A DNA stretch of 64,000 nt from Candidatus Staskawiczbacteria bacterium (GCA_026395175.1 JAPLZF010000015.1:21066-85065); one strand, 5' to 3'. Positions 53,854 to 62,887 are shown, counted from the first letter of the stretch. Made by a program: numbers and translations. The notes: generated by a model not told the origin, from the sequence alone.

Positions 53854-54639
53854 CTATCTTTTATGGCTACAGCTACAAGCTCCGCAATCCATGCCGCATT
53901 CGCAACAATGGAAGCAAAGATACGGACGGCATTCGCATTTATCTTTTTGGCTCATTTGCCTGTGACATTTTTTGCACGTTACAGCAATTTTTGCTTCGTT
54001 TTTTATTGCTTCTCTTAAGCTTTCTTCCTCTTCCAACAACACAGCATTTTTGTCATTTTTATAAATCGGGCCGTGGCCCGGAATAATCCAGTCTGCCATT
54101 TTCATAACCATTTCCCTGCTTTCCTTTAATCTTTCAGGATTTGAAGCGAAAGCGTCATCGCGCGGGTCTCTGGGATAATTCTCTTTCCAAAAAACATCTC
54201 CGCAAATTGCGACAACTCCGGGGTGCCTGCTTTCGGGCTCAGTAGTAACCAAAAGCGTAATTCCGGTGTAATCGTGTCCGGGAGTGTGCAAAATCTGTAT
54301 GTTACTTGTAAATTTTTCAGGCCAAGCATCAACAGTCTGTTTATTCCACAAACCGAAATATTCCAAAGTTTTGGCATGGGGAAACATCCCAATATTCCTA
54401 TAATGGTCTATGTGCGAATGCGTAATGCAAACAACATTAACATCTTGGACTGTTAAATTTTCTTTTTTTAAAGCGTCAACTAAAATCTGCTGGTTATCCA
54501 AAACTCCGGGGTCAACCACCATCACAATATCGCCGTCGCGAACTAATGAAATAGTGGGCCTGGTTTTTTCTTCGCCCATTCCAATTACAGAATCAGCGTT
54601 GGTATAGCCTTCAATTAAAATTTTAACTTCTGCCGCCAT
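53854..54639 (-). CDS. Metallo-beta-lactamase-fold hydrolase with Cys-rich tail
   Basis: THSHIDH, TPGH, GD, IIPGHG; 11 Cys in the last 40 aa. Confidence 0.88.
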   Translation of the reverse strand: MAAEVKILIEGYTNADSVIGMGEEKTRPTISLVRDGDIVMVVDPGVLDNQQILVDALKKENLTVQDVNVVCITHSHIDHYRNIGMFPHAKTLEYFGLWNKQTVDAWPEKFTSNIQILHTPGHDYTGITLLVTTEPESRHPGVVAICGDVFWKENYPRDPRDDAFASNPERLKESREMVMKMADWIIPGHGPIYKNDKNAVLLEEEESLREAIKNEAKIAVTCKKCHRQMSQKDKCECRPYLCFHCCECGMDCGACSCSHKR

Positions 54640-54651
54640 ATTTTTTTCATA

Positions 54652-55200
54652 TTAAATATTTGCTATCCAAATGAAATAATTTAAAATTCCGGCGAACGAA
54701 ACCCACAGAATATATGGAAGCAACAAATAAGCCGCGGTTTTAGAAACTCTGTAAAAATTAATAATCGTATAAATTATTGCAACCCAAAGCATCAGCAGTT
54801 CAAAAAAAGCAACTCCGGGCGAATGCATTCCAAAAAATATTACTGACCACAAAATATTAAGGACAAGCTGAACCGCAAAAATTATAATAATGTTTGCTTT
54901 CTGCCACTTGCCTGATAAAAATTTTTGCGACAATTTATTCCATGGCTTTCTGCCTTTAAAATTAATTTTGTTATTCACAAGAAACCTTTCAGACCAGACC
55001 AGATACAGAGAAATTCCCATTAAAACAAATATAACCGTCCACACCGGGCCGAAAATCCAATTTGGCGGGTTAAACCCCGGCTTATTCAAACTTTGGTACC
55101 AATTGTTTATTTCGGGCGTTGTAAAACCGGCTCCGACAGCTCCGGCCAATTCGCAAATAATTATACTTACTAAAAATTTGTATAAATTATTGTATTTCAT
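54652..55200 (-). CDS. tspO: TspO/MBR tryptophan-rich sensory protein
   Basis: WYQSLNKPGFNPPNWIFGPVW, LNILWSVIFFG, LLPYILWVSFA. Confidence 0.93.
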   Translation of the reverse strand: MKYNNLYKFLVSIIICELAGAVGAGFTTPEINNWYQSLNKPGFNPPNWIFGPVWTVIFVLMGISLYLVWSERFLVNNKINFKGRKPWNKLSQKFLSGKWQKANIIIIFAVQLVLNILWSVIFFGMHSPGVAFFELLMLWVAIIYTIINFYRVSKTAAYLLLPYILWVSFAGILNYFIWIANI

Positions 55201-55228
55201 TTTATTATTTGCAGCAGTTCGATAATTC

Positions 55229-55606
55229 TCACTGCTTGCAGTCTTGCGGACACTCTTTTAAAGTTTCCGGACAGATGCAGCTTAAATTATTAGCATCGCA
55301 GTTTGGATCTGTTTTTTGGCAGACGCCGTCTCCGCATTTATCCACACAAATGCTTAACGAGCCTCCCCCGTTTTCTCCCTGAGCTTGTATTTGAACCTGC
55401 GGAGCAGAAATTATTGCATTATCTTGACCGGCAGAACTATTTTCTGGCGTTTGTTCTGTCTGCGTTTGCGCTCCGCCTGCAGAATTCTGCGTTTTAATTC
55501 CAGAATTGCCGGTATATTTATAAATTGCAAAACCAGCCAATAAAATAACAACAACCAATGCAATCAAAATTATCAAAACTTTTTTATCTAATTTAGAGAA
55601 TATCAT
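55229..55606 (-). CDS. Membrane-anchored protein with a Cys-rich C-terminal module
   Basis: N-terminal TM; CVDKCGDGVCQ...CPE...CPQDC. Confidence 0.7.
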   Translation of the reverse strand: MIFSKLDKKVLIILIALVVVILLAGFAIYKYTGNSGIKTQNSAGGAQTQTEQTPENSSAGQDNAIISAPQVQIQAQGENGGGSLSICVDKCGDGVCQKTDPNCDANNLSCICPETLKECPQDCKQ

Positions 55607-55646
55607 ATTTTTTATTTATTATAAGCCAAAATTTATTTTATGTCTA

Positions 55647-55710
55647 TTCACCCTGTCAAATAATTTTGCCAAAGTCAAAATTAGCGCAAAGCGCTATTTG
55701 ACAGGGTAAA
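55647..55710. repeat. Palindromic element family B at the metK 3' end
   Basis: TTCACCCTGTCAAATA...TATTTGACAGGGTAAA; supplies the VYPVK-stop end. Confidence 0.85.
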
Positions 55711-56752
55711 CTTTTTCCCATGGAAGATTTTCTTTTCCAAAATGACCGTATGCCGAGGTCTGCAAATATATGGGTTTTCGCAGGTCTAATCTTTCAATTA
55801 TTGCTTGAGGCTTGAAATCAAAATTCTTTTTTACAATTTCAGACAAATCTTCTCCTTTTTCATTTTGCGCGGAAACCATTAAAGGTTCTGCCCTGCCAAT
55901 TGCATAAGCCACAGAAACCAGACATTGTTTGGCAAATCCGTTTGCCACCAAATTTTTTGCCACAAACCTTGCCATATAAGCTGCAGACCTATCAACTTTG
56001 CTTGGGTCTTTTCCGGAAAATGCGCCACCACCGTGAGGAATCAGCCCGCAATAGGTATCAACCATAATTTTTCTGCCGGTTAACCCTGCATCTGCTTCAA
56101 AACCGTCGGCGCCAATTACAAACCTGCCGGTGGGGTTTACTAAAATTTCTATATCAGAAATATCTCCAATAATCGGTTTTATCAGTTTTTCCGTCAGAGT
56201 ATTTTTTATTTCTTCGTTGCTCACAGAATCGGCATGCTGGGTGCTAATTAAAACAGTTTTTATTTTGTCCTCAAAAACAGTAATTTGCGTTTTGCCGTCC
56301 GGTTTTATCCACTTAACCTCCCCGCTTTTTCTTAAATTTTCCAAACCTTTTGCCAACGCATGGACTTTTACAATTGAAACCGGTAAAAATTCCGGAGTTT
56401 CGTCGGTGGCGTATCCATACATAATTCCCTGGTCGCCTGCTCCGCCCGTATCAACACCCATGGCAATATCCGTTGACTGCTTGATAATTCCAATTGTTGT
56501 CACAAAATCCTGTTCAAACCCAATATCTTTATAAACTTTTTTTACAATTCCCTCTGCATTAAATTCTGCTTTTGTTGTCACTTCTCCGCCAATAATCAGC
56601 ATCCCATGATTTCCAAATGTTTCAATGCCGGCTCTTGTATTTGGGTCTTGCCTCAAGCACTCGTCTAATATGGCGTCTGAAAATTGGTCGCACATTTTAT
56701 CCGGATGTCCGGATGTTACGCTTTCTACTGTGTACGTTTTTGGTGTAAACAT
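55694..56752 (-). CDS. metK: S-adenosylmethionine synthetase
   Basis: ESVTSGHPDK, GAGDQG, GLTGRK, GGGAFSGKD. Confidence 0.98.
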   Translation of the reverse strand: MFTPKTYTVESVTSGHPDKMCDQFSDAILDECLRQDPNTRAGIETFGNHGMLIIGGEVTTKAEFNAEGIVKKVYKDIGFEQDFVTTIGIIKQSTDIAMGVDTGGAGDQGIMYGYATDETPEFLPVSIVKVHALAKGLENLRKSGEVKWIKPDGKTQITVFEDKIKTVLISTQHADSVSNEEIKNTLTEKLIKPIIGDISDIEILVNPTGRFVIGADGFEADAGLTGRKIMVDTYCGLIPHGGGAFSGKDPSKVDRSAAYMARFVAKNLVANGFAKQCLVSVAYAIGRAEPLMVSAQNEKGEDLSEIVKKNFDFKPQAIIERLDLRKPIYLQTSAYGHFGKENLPWEKVYPVK

Positions 56753-56776
56753 TTTTTTTATTTTTAATAATACTTG

Positions 56777-56848
56777 TGGGCGCGGAAGGAATCGGACCTT
56801 CGACCTCTGTCTTATCAGGACAGCGTTCTACCACTGAACTACGCGCCC
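56777..56848 (-). tRNA. tRNA-Ile(GAT)
   Basis: GGGCGCG acceptor; anticodon arm CTGTC-CTGATAA-GACAG; T-loop TCCGATT; CCA not encoded. Confidence 0.95.
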
Positions 56849-56897
56849 ATATTATTTAAGATTTTACCAAAAAAATCGACACATTGCAAATGCAAAC

Positions 56898-57335
56898 AAA
56901 AAAAGAAGCGGGTCTGTATTTGGTTTCAGACCCGCCTATGAGATGTGTTTTCGGGACATAACCAGCCTAAGCTGGTTGGCTAGCAAGACCGCCCGTTGCT
57001 GTCGGCCTCCTGTTTCTTTTTGGCATTACAGGCTGTCGCTGTCATCTCTTTGCGGGATATCGTCCCGTGGCGAAAAAAAGTGGAAAAGAGCAAAACGGAA
57101 CAGTTGGCAGAGGAGATTTGTATGCAAGGTTGTTCGGCACCAGAGAACTGGGGGAGGCTCTCTATACCTCGCACGCATTTACCTATCCCGCGATAGGCTC
57201 GTAGGGCATTGCACCCTAACGAAATCTCACAATCGAAGCTGGACGATTACACTATGATACGTACAGAGCATTCTCCTCGCGTAATAGATTATGCTGCTGT
57301 GCGTTGTGGGAGTGCTCTGCCAACTGTCCGAATGG
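56898..57335 (-). ncRNA. Candidate structured ncRNA transcription unit
   Basis: TTGACA-17-TATCAT promoter (57368-57340); terminator 56898-56935; 13-bp long-range stem and many hairpins; no convincing ORF. Confidence 0.45.
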
Positions 57336-57371
57336 TTTGATGATAGCAAAGTTAACAGATTATGTCAATAG

Positions 57372-58799
57372 TTACGACTCCATCTGCGAGGCTATGCTCA
57401 ATATCTTGTTTTCCTGAAAATGATTTCCGATAATCTGCAAACCAACCGGTAAGCCACCGACTTTTCCGGCTGGCAAAGACAATGCCGGCAAACCTGCCAA
57501 GTTTACAGAAATTGTATAAATATCCATTAAATAGTTTGCCAAAGGATCATCTGTTTTCTCTCCAATTTTAATTGCCGGCACCGGTGAAACCGGGCAAAAT
57601 ATTAAATCTACCTTTTCAAAGGCTTTTGCAAAATCCTGTTTTATCAATTGCCTGACCTCCTGAGCTTTTTTATAATATGCGTCATAATATCCGGACGACA
57701 AAGCATAAGTTCCAATAAGAATTCTTCTTTTGACTTCAGGACCTAATCCTTTCCCTCTGCTTTTTAAATAAACATCTAATAAGTTACCATCTTGTTCTGA
57801 CAATCCATATCTTATTCCATCGAACCTGGCCAAGTTAGCTGAAGCTTCGCAGGGAACTATAATATAATAACAAGCCAAAGCAAATTCTGCATTGGGCAAA
57901 CTTATTTCTTTAATTTCAGCCCCGGCTTCTTTTGCTTTTTTAATTGCATCTTTTACTATTTTTTCAACTTCCGGGTCCAATCCTTTTACCTGTCCTGAGC
58001 CGTGTCGAAGGGCAAAATATTCTTTTGGAACTCCAATTTTTAAACCTTTTAAATTTATGTCAGATTCCTCGAATTTATAATCAACAGAAGTTGCATCTTT
58101 TGAATCTTTTCCACAAATTGCTTCAAAAATAATTTTGCAATCCTCAACATTTTTTGCCATCGGTCCAATTTGGTCTAAAGATGATGCATGAGCAATTAGT
58201 CCATACCTTGAAACCGCTCCATAGGTTGGTTTTAAGCCCACAATACCGCAATTAGAAGATGGCATCCTAATTGAGCCTCCTGTATCAGATCCTAAGGCAT
58301 AGCAGGCCTCATTTGCCGCCACAGCAGCTCCAGGGCCCGAAGAACTGCCTCCGGCAACTCTTGTCTTGTCGTGCGGATTTTTTGTTGCGCCAAATGCAGA
58401 ATTTTCTCCGCTTCCTCCCATTGTAAATTCATCTGTATTTCCTTTTCCTAAAATCACAGCTCCCGCTTCCTTTAATTTTTTTACAACAGTTGCATCATAC
58501 GGGGCTACATAATTTTCTAAAATTTTTGAGGCTGCTGTACATTTTTGCCCTTCAACCATTATTGCATCTTTTATTGCGCAAGGAATTCCGCAAAGAATTG
58601 AAAATTCTCCTGTTTTTATTTTTTCATCAGCTTTTCTTGCTTCTTCTAACGCTAAATCCTCTGTAATTGACAAATAAGCATTCAAATCGCTTTTCTTAAT
58701 TTTTTCCAAATAAGCCTTTGTCAAATCAACAGAAGTAAAATCTTTATTTTTTAATCCCTCGTGCGCCTGTTTAATTGTAAGTTCGGTTAAATCCTGCAT
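57372..58799 (-). CDS. gatA: Asp/Glu-tRNA amidotransferase subunit A
   Basis: AIKD, GGSSSG, LGSDTGGSIR, EASANLARFDG. Confidence 0.97.
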   Translation of the reverse strand: MQDLTELTIKQAHEGLKNKDFTSVDLTKAYLEKIKKSDLNAYLSITEDLALEEARKADEKIKTGEFSILCGIPCAIKDAIMVEGQKCTAASKILENYVAPYDATVVKKLKEAGAVILGKGNTDEFTMGGSGENSAFGATKNPHDKTRVAGGSSSGPGAAVAANEACYALGSDTGGSIRMPSSNCGIVGLKPTYGAVSRYGLIAHASSLDQIGPMAKNVEDCKIIFEAICGKDSKDATSVDYKFEESDINLKGLKIGVPKEYFALRHGSGQVKGLDPEVEKIVKDAIKKAKEAGAEIKEISLPNAEFALACYYIIVPCEASANLARFDGIRYGLSEQDGNLLDVYLKSRGKGLGPEVKRRILIGTYALSSGYYDAYYKKAQEVRQLIKQDFAKAFEKVDLIFCPVSPVPAIKIGEKTDDPLANYLMDIYTISVNLAGLPALSLPAGKVGGLPVGLQIIGNHFQENKILSIASQMES

Positions 58800-59083
58800 T
58801 ATAAAATAGTTTTAACTTTAATGTAGCCGTCTTTTTTATCCGGCGATGCTTCAATTATTCCACTAGCAATATCACTTCTCTCTACTTCGTCCTTTCGCAA
58901 ACCGCCACTACACGTTTTTTGCTCGAGCAAAATTTGTGCAGTTTCCGGTTTTGGAGCCTTCTTAAGCAAATCAAAATAATCCAAAATTGCCGACAGGTCT
59001 TTCTGCATTTTTTCTATTTCATTTTCAGTCAATTCAAGACGTGCTAGCTTCGCGATGTGCTCAACCTCCTGTTTAGATATCAT
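58799..59083 (-). CDS. gatC: Asp/Glu-tRNA amidotransferase subunit C
   Basis: MISKQEVEHIAKLARL; directly upstream of gatA. Confidence 0.92.
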   Translation of the reverse strand: MISKQEVEHIAKLARLELTENEIEKMQKDLSAILDYFDLLKKAPKPETAQILLEQKTCSGGLRKDEVERSDIASGIIEASPDKKDGYIKVKTIL

Positions 59084-59100
59084 AATCAATTTTGCTATAT

Positions 59101-59170
59101 GTTCACCCGGTCAAATAAAATCCTTCGGATTTTAATTTTGGCAAAGCCAAAATTATTTGACTGGGTAGAC
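59101..59170. repeat. Palindromic element family B inside a vestigial duplicate of the gatC 5' end
   Basis: GTTCACCCGGTCAAATAA...TTATTTGACTGGGTAGAC. Confidence 0.85.
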
Positions 59171-59225
59171 CTCTTCTTTAGAAATCATTAAATTATAATA
59201 ACAGATTTTTTTGCCAATGAAAAGA

Positions 59226-59254
59226 TTGACATAAACAATTTTATATCCTATTAT
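59226..59254 (+). promoter_or_regulatory. Sigma70-type promoter
   Basis: TTGACA-17 nt-TATTAT. Confidence 0.65.
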
Positions 59255-59334
59255 TATTTATCACGAAGTTTTAACCGAACCTTCACAACTGGGCGCTACT
59301 GCCCTGCGAAAGCTAAACGTAGCAGGAGGAACAT

Positions 59335-59616
59335 ATGGACGACAAGCCGTACATTCCAAATTGGATGAAGAAGTACATGCCGGGCTTTTGCATGGCAACG
59401 ATAATCCTTGGCGCTGTAACAGTGTGTTGCCTTGTCGGCGTAATGGAGTACCAGATGAGCCAGCCAAGCGGGCTTCGACAGATGCCTCCGGTGTGGCTTC
59501 TGTGCATGTGCGGGGTCGCATTACTCTTCGCTATGGTTACCCTAACCGCCATTGCATTCTGCGAGTTTCGCCGGTACAAGATGCGGGACACGACATCCAC
59601 AAACGCTTCTCTGTGA
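59335..59616 (+). CDS. Small 2-TM membrane protein
   Basis: SD AGGAGG; two hydrophobic segments. Confidence 0.65.
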   Translation: MDDKPYIPNWMKKYMPGFCMATIILGAVTVCCLVGVMEYQMSQPSGLRQMPPVWLLCMCGVALLFAMVTLTAIAFCEFRRYKMRDTTSTNASL

Positions 59617-59660
59617 ATTTAACCCGTCGTGAGGTTAGCGGCACAACAAAGGAGACAAGG

Positions 59661-59849
59661 ATGAAGCAAAAGCATCAACACACGCTCAAAGACGGAAAAG
59701 GGCAACGTTCATGCGGGGTAACACTTTGCGGTAATATAAACCCCAGCGTCACGGTCCGGTGTAATCTGACACAAAAACACCATGGTCCATGTCGGAATAC
59801 TCTTTACCCCGAAGCCGGAACGTGGACAAACAGGAGATATCCTGACTGA
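59661..59849 (+). CDS. Small Cys/His-rich basic protein (62 aa)
   Basis: SD AAGGAG; MKQKHQH...C...C...CNLTQKHHGPC; followed by a terminator at 59879-59920. Confidence 0.55.
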   Translation: MKQKHQHTLKDGKGQRSCGVTLCGNINPSVTVRCNLTQKHHGPCRNTLYPEAGTWTNRRYPD

Positions 59850-60027
59850 CATCGGGTTCTCGCTTCGGCGAGGACAATAGGCTGTCGTGCGAATTCATTT
59901 TCGCTCGACGGCTCTTTTTTTGCATTTTTTCAAGTTAACATTATATTAACCTAATTTCTTTTGGTTATCATATGATAACCAAATAAAAATATCCCGCGAA
60001 ACGGGATACCTTATTATTTAAAATTGG

Positions 60028-61101
60028 CTATGTGTAGGCTTCGCCTTCTTCGTCTTTAGACATTACTTCTGCCAAGGTTTCAATATTCTCCAACGCAATG
60101 CCAGCTCCCCTTACAACCGATGTCAAAGGGTCGTCAATTATTTTGCACGGCATTTTTGTTTCTTTAGAAATTAAAACATCAAGTCCTCGCAATAAACTGC
60201 CTCCGCCCGCTAAATAAATTCCGTTTGTCATCACGTCTGCCAATAATTCCGGCGGAGTTTCTTCAATTGTTACTTTAATTGCCGCAATAATTTGCTTTAC
60301 CGAGCGGTCTAAAGCGCGTTGCACGTCATCATTAAAAATTACAACTTCTTCGGGCAGGCCTGTCACCAAATTCCTGCCACGCATTGCCATTTCATTTTTT
60401 TCTTTCAAAGGCATTGCCGAGCCAATATTTATTTTAATCAATTCTGCGGTTCTTTCACCAATCAAAAGTTTATATTCTTTTTGCGCAAATTGTATAATAT
60501 CATCATTTAATTTATCTCCGGCAATTCTCAAACTGCGAAATGCCACAATTCCTCCCAAAGAAATGACAGCTACTTCTGTTGTGCCTCCGCCAATGTCAAC
60601 AATAAAATTTCCTCCGGCATCCTGAATTGCTAATTTTGCTCCAATTGCAGAAGCCAAAGGTTCTTCAATCAAAAAAACGGTTCTGGCTCCGGCATTTTTT
60701 GCCGCGTCTCTGACTGCCTTTCTTTCAACTTCTGTAACTCCGCAAGGGATTCCAATAATTACTCTTGGCATATTGGCAATTCCAAATATTTTTTTAGCGG
60801 AAGCTGCTGCTTTTTCAATAAAATATTTCAGCATTTGCTCGGTTACTTCAAAGTCAGAAATGACTCCATTAACCAACGGCCTTGTAGCAGAAATATAACT
60901 CGGTGTTTTGCCCACCATTTTTTTGGCTTCCTCTCCAATAGCCAAAATTTGGCCTGTTTTATTATTTACAGCCACCACCGACGGCTCGTTTATAATTATT
61001 CCCCTGTCTTTTACATAAACCAAAGAATTTGCAGTGCCCAAATCAATTGCCATGTCCACAGACAAAAATGAAAAAATCTTGTTTAATGTTCTTCTCGGCA
61101 T
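60028..61101 (-). CDS. mreB: Rod shape-determining protein MreB
   Basis: IDLGTAN, EPSVVA, VDIGGGTT, GGGSLL. Confidence 0.97.
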   Translation of the reverse strand: MPRRTLNKIFSFLSVDMAIDLGTANSLVYVKDRGIIINEPSVVAVNNKTGQILAIGEEAKKMVGKTPSYISATRPLVNGVISDFEVTEQMLKYFIEKAAASAKKIFGIANMPRVIIGIPCGVTEVERKAVRDAAKNAGARTVFLIEEPLASAIGAKLAIQDAGGNFIVDIGGGTTEVAVISLGGIVAFRSLRIAGDKLNDDIIQFAQKEYKLLIGERTAELIKINIGSAMPLKEKNEMAMRGRNLVTGLPEEVVIFNDDVQRALDRSVKQIIAAIKVTIEETPPELLADVMTNGIYLAGGGSLLRGLDVLISKETKMPCKIIDDPLTSVVRGAGIALENIETLAEVMSKDEEGEAYT

Positions 61102-62339
61102 TATTTTAATGTTTTTATTAAATCTTTAATTTTGACTAACTTCACTGCACTCTTGCTCCTTTCTTTCAACTCAACTGAATTTTTCGCCAATGTTTTTTCT
61201 GAAATGACAACTCTATATGGAATTCCAATCAAGTCGGCTTCTGCAAATTTTTCTCCGGCCGACTTGTCCTGCCTATCATCATATAATACTTGAATATTAT
61301 TTTTTTGCAATTCTTGATAAATTTTTTCAGCTGTGGTTTTAACTTTCCCCTCGCCAATAGAAATCAAATGAACTAAAAATGGAGCAACATCTTTTGGCCA
61401 AATGATTCCTTTGTCATCATGGCCTGCCTCAACAATACCAGCCATTGCCCTGCCCAATCCAATTCCATAGCATCCCATTATTACAGATTTTTCTGTTCCG
61501 TCTTTATCGCGAAATTTTAAATCAAAAGGAGCTGAATATTTTGTTCCCAGCTTAAAAATATTCCCCACTTCAACTGCTTTTTTCTCTTCAAAATTATTGG
61601 AGCCACATTTTGGACAAGCTAAAGTTTCTGCTTTTATTTCTTTATTAACCGCTGTTTTACATTTTTGGCAAATATAAATTGTGTCTTCTCCGACGTCTGT
61701 AACCATTTGGAATTCATGAGAATATTTAGAAAATGTTCCGCCGGAAGCTAATGTCAAATAAGTTTGTTTTCCAATTCCCAATTCTTTAAATACATTAAAG
61801 TAAACTTTTATCATTTTATCATAATATTTGTCTAAATCCTCCTGGCTTGTGTGAAAAGAATACAAATCCTTCATCAAAAATTCTCTTGTTCTTAAAAGCC
61901 CCGACTTTGCCCTTAATTCATTCCTGAATTTATTCTGAATTTGAAAAACATAAATTGGCAAATCTTTATATGATAAAATAACTTTTTTAACCAAAGGAGA
62001 AACAATTTCCTCGTGTGTTGCCGCCAAAGCAATATCTTTGTCGCCTGCTCCTTTCAACTTAAAAAGTATGTCTAAGTCTGTCCACCTTCCGCTTTTTTCC
62101 CAATTTTCTTTTGGATTTAAAGAAGGCATTAAAATTTCTTGTCCGCCGGCAGACTCCATATTTTTCCTAATTATATTTTCAATATTTTTTAAAACTTTAA
62201 ATCCCAAAGGCAAAAAGCTGTAAACCCCAGCCATAAGCTGGTCTATAAATCCAGCTCTCGTTAGTAGATCGTGTGAAATAGATTCCACATCAGAGGACTT
62301 TTCTTTAATTGTTTTATAAAAAAGTTTTGATTGAAGCAT
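61101..62339 (-). CDS. proS: Proline-tRNA ligase (short form lacking the INS editing domain)
   Basis: LTRAGFI, ATHEE, KFRNELR...REFLMKDLYSF, EVGNIFKLG, MGCYGIG. Confidence 0.96.
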   Translation of the reverse strand: MLQSKLFYKTIKEKSSDVESISHDLLTRAGFIDQLMAGVYSFLPLGFKVLKNIENIIRKNMESAGGQEILMPSLNPKENWEKSGRWTDLDILFKLKGAGDKDIALAATHEEIVSPLVKKVILSYKDLPIYVFQIQNKFRNELRAKSGLLRTREFLMKDLYSFHTSQEDLDKYYDKMIKVYFNVFKELGIGKQTYLTLASGGTFSKYSHEFQMVTDVGEDTIYICQKCKTAVNKEIKAETLACPKCGSNNFEEKKAVEVGNIFKLGTKYSAPFDLKFRDKDGTEKSVIMGCYGIGLGRAMAGIVEAGHDDKGIIWPKDVAPFLVHLISIGEGKVKTTAEKIYQELQKNNIQVLYDDRQDKSAGEKFAEADLIGIPYRVVISEKTLAKNSVELKERSKSAVKLVKIKDLIKTLK

Positions 62340-62350
62340 ATTTTTAAAAA

Positions 62351-62887
62351 TTAATTTTTATTTTCCTCGGCTAGTTTCTTTAATGATTCTTCAATTTCTA
62401 TTGAATATTTCGGCTTTCTAGGTTTGTATTTAGATATAATCCAAACACCAAACAGCCTAAGCAAATAAATCAAAAGTAATGAGGAAATAAAAAGAAAAGC
62501 TGGTCCAAACTGCCCGCTGAATAATAATGCCAAAATTGCGGTAAAAAATACTCCTAGGCCCATAAATAAAACTCCGACAAATATACCAATTAATCCCCAC
62601 AAAGAGTATGTGATATAAAAACATTCAAACCAAAGTAGTGCACCACCAATAAATGTGCCAATAATAATACCATTGCCAGTAAAATTTCTAAATCGAGGAA
62701 TTATAGATAAAAATATCAATAACCAAACTATGCCCCAAACGAAAGATGACACATTTTCTAAAAATGGATAAATAATTTCAAATAATTTAGCTCCTCCGAT
62801 AATTAGTAATCCAAAACCGATGATTACCAAAATAAAAACACCTATTCCCAATATACTGTATAACGAATCTTTAATTTTGTTTATCAT
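62351..62887 (-). CDS. Membrane protein
   Basis: Multiple TM segments. Confidence 0.7.
   Translation of the reverse strand: MINKIKDSLYSILGIGVFILVIIGFGLLIIGGAKLFEIIYPFLENVSSFVWGIVWLLIFLSIIPRFRNFTGNGIIIGTFIGGALLWFECFYITYSLWGLIGIFVGVLFMGLGVFFTAILALLFSGQFGPAFLFISSLLLIYLLRLFGVWIISKYKPRKPKYSIEIEESLKKLAEENKN

Noticed and set aside
57096..57330. Retron msr-msd (13-bp flanking inverted repeat)
   Set aside because: No reverse transcriptase gene nearby; kept only as an unassigned ncRNA candidate.
59361..59849. 162-aa ORF as given in the track
   Set aside because: Its 5' part overlaps the SD-led 59335-59616 gene; a better start with its own SD is at 59661.
425..62223. Most plus-strand and nested ORFs in the track (e.g. 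24669-25322, 38497-39012, 49935-50501, 4124-4714)
   Set aside because: They are antisense or alternate-frame shadows of well-supported genes and show no motifs.
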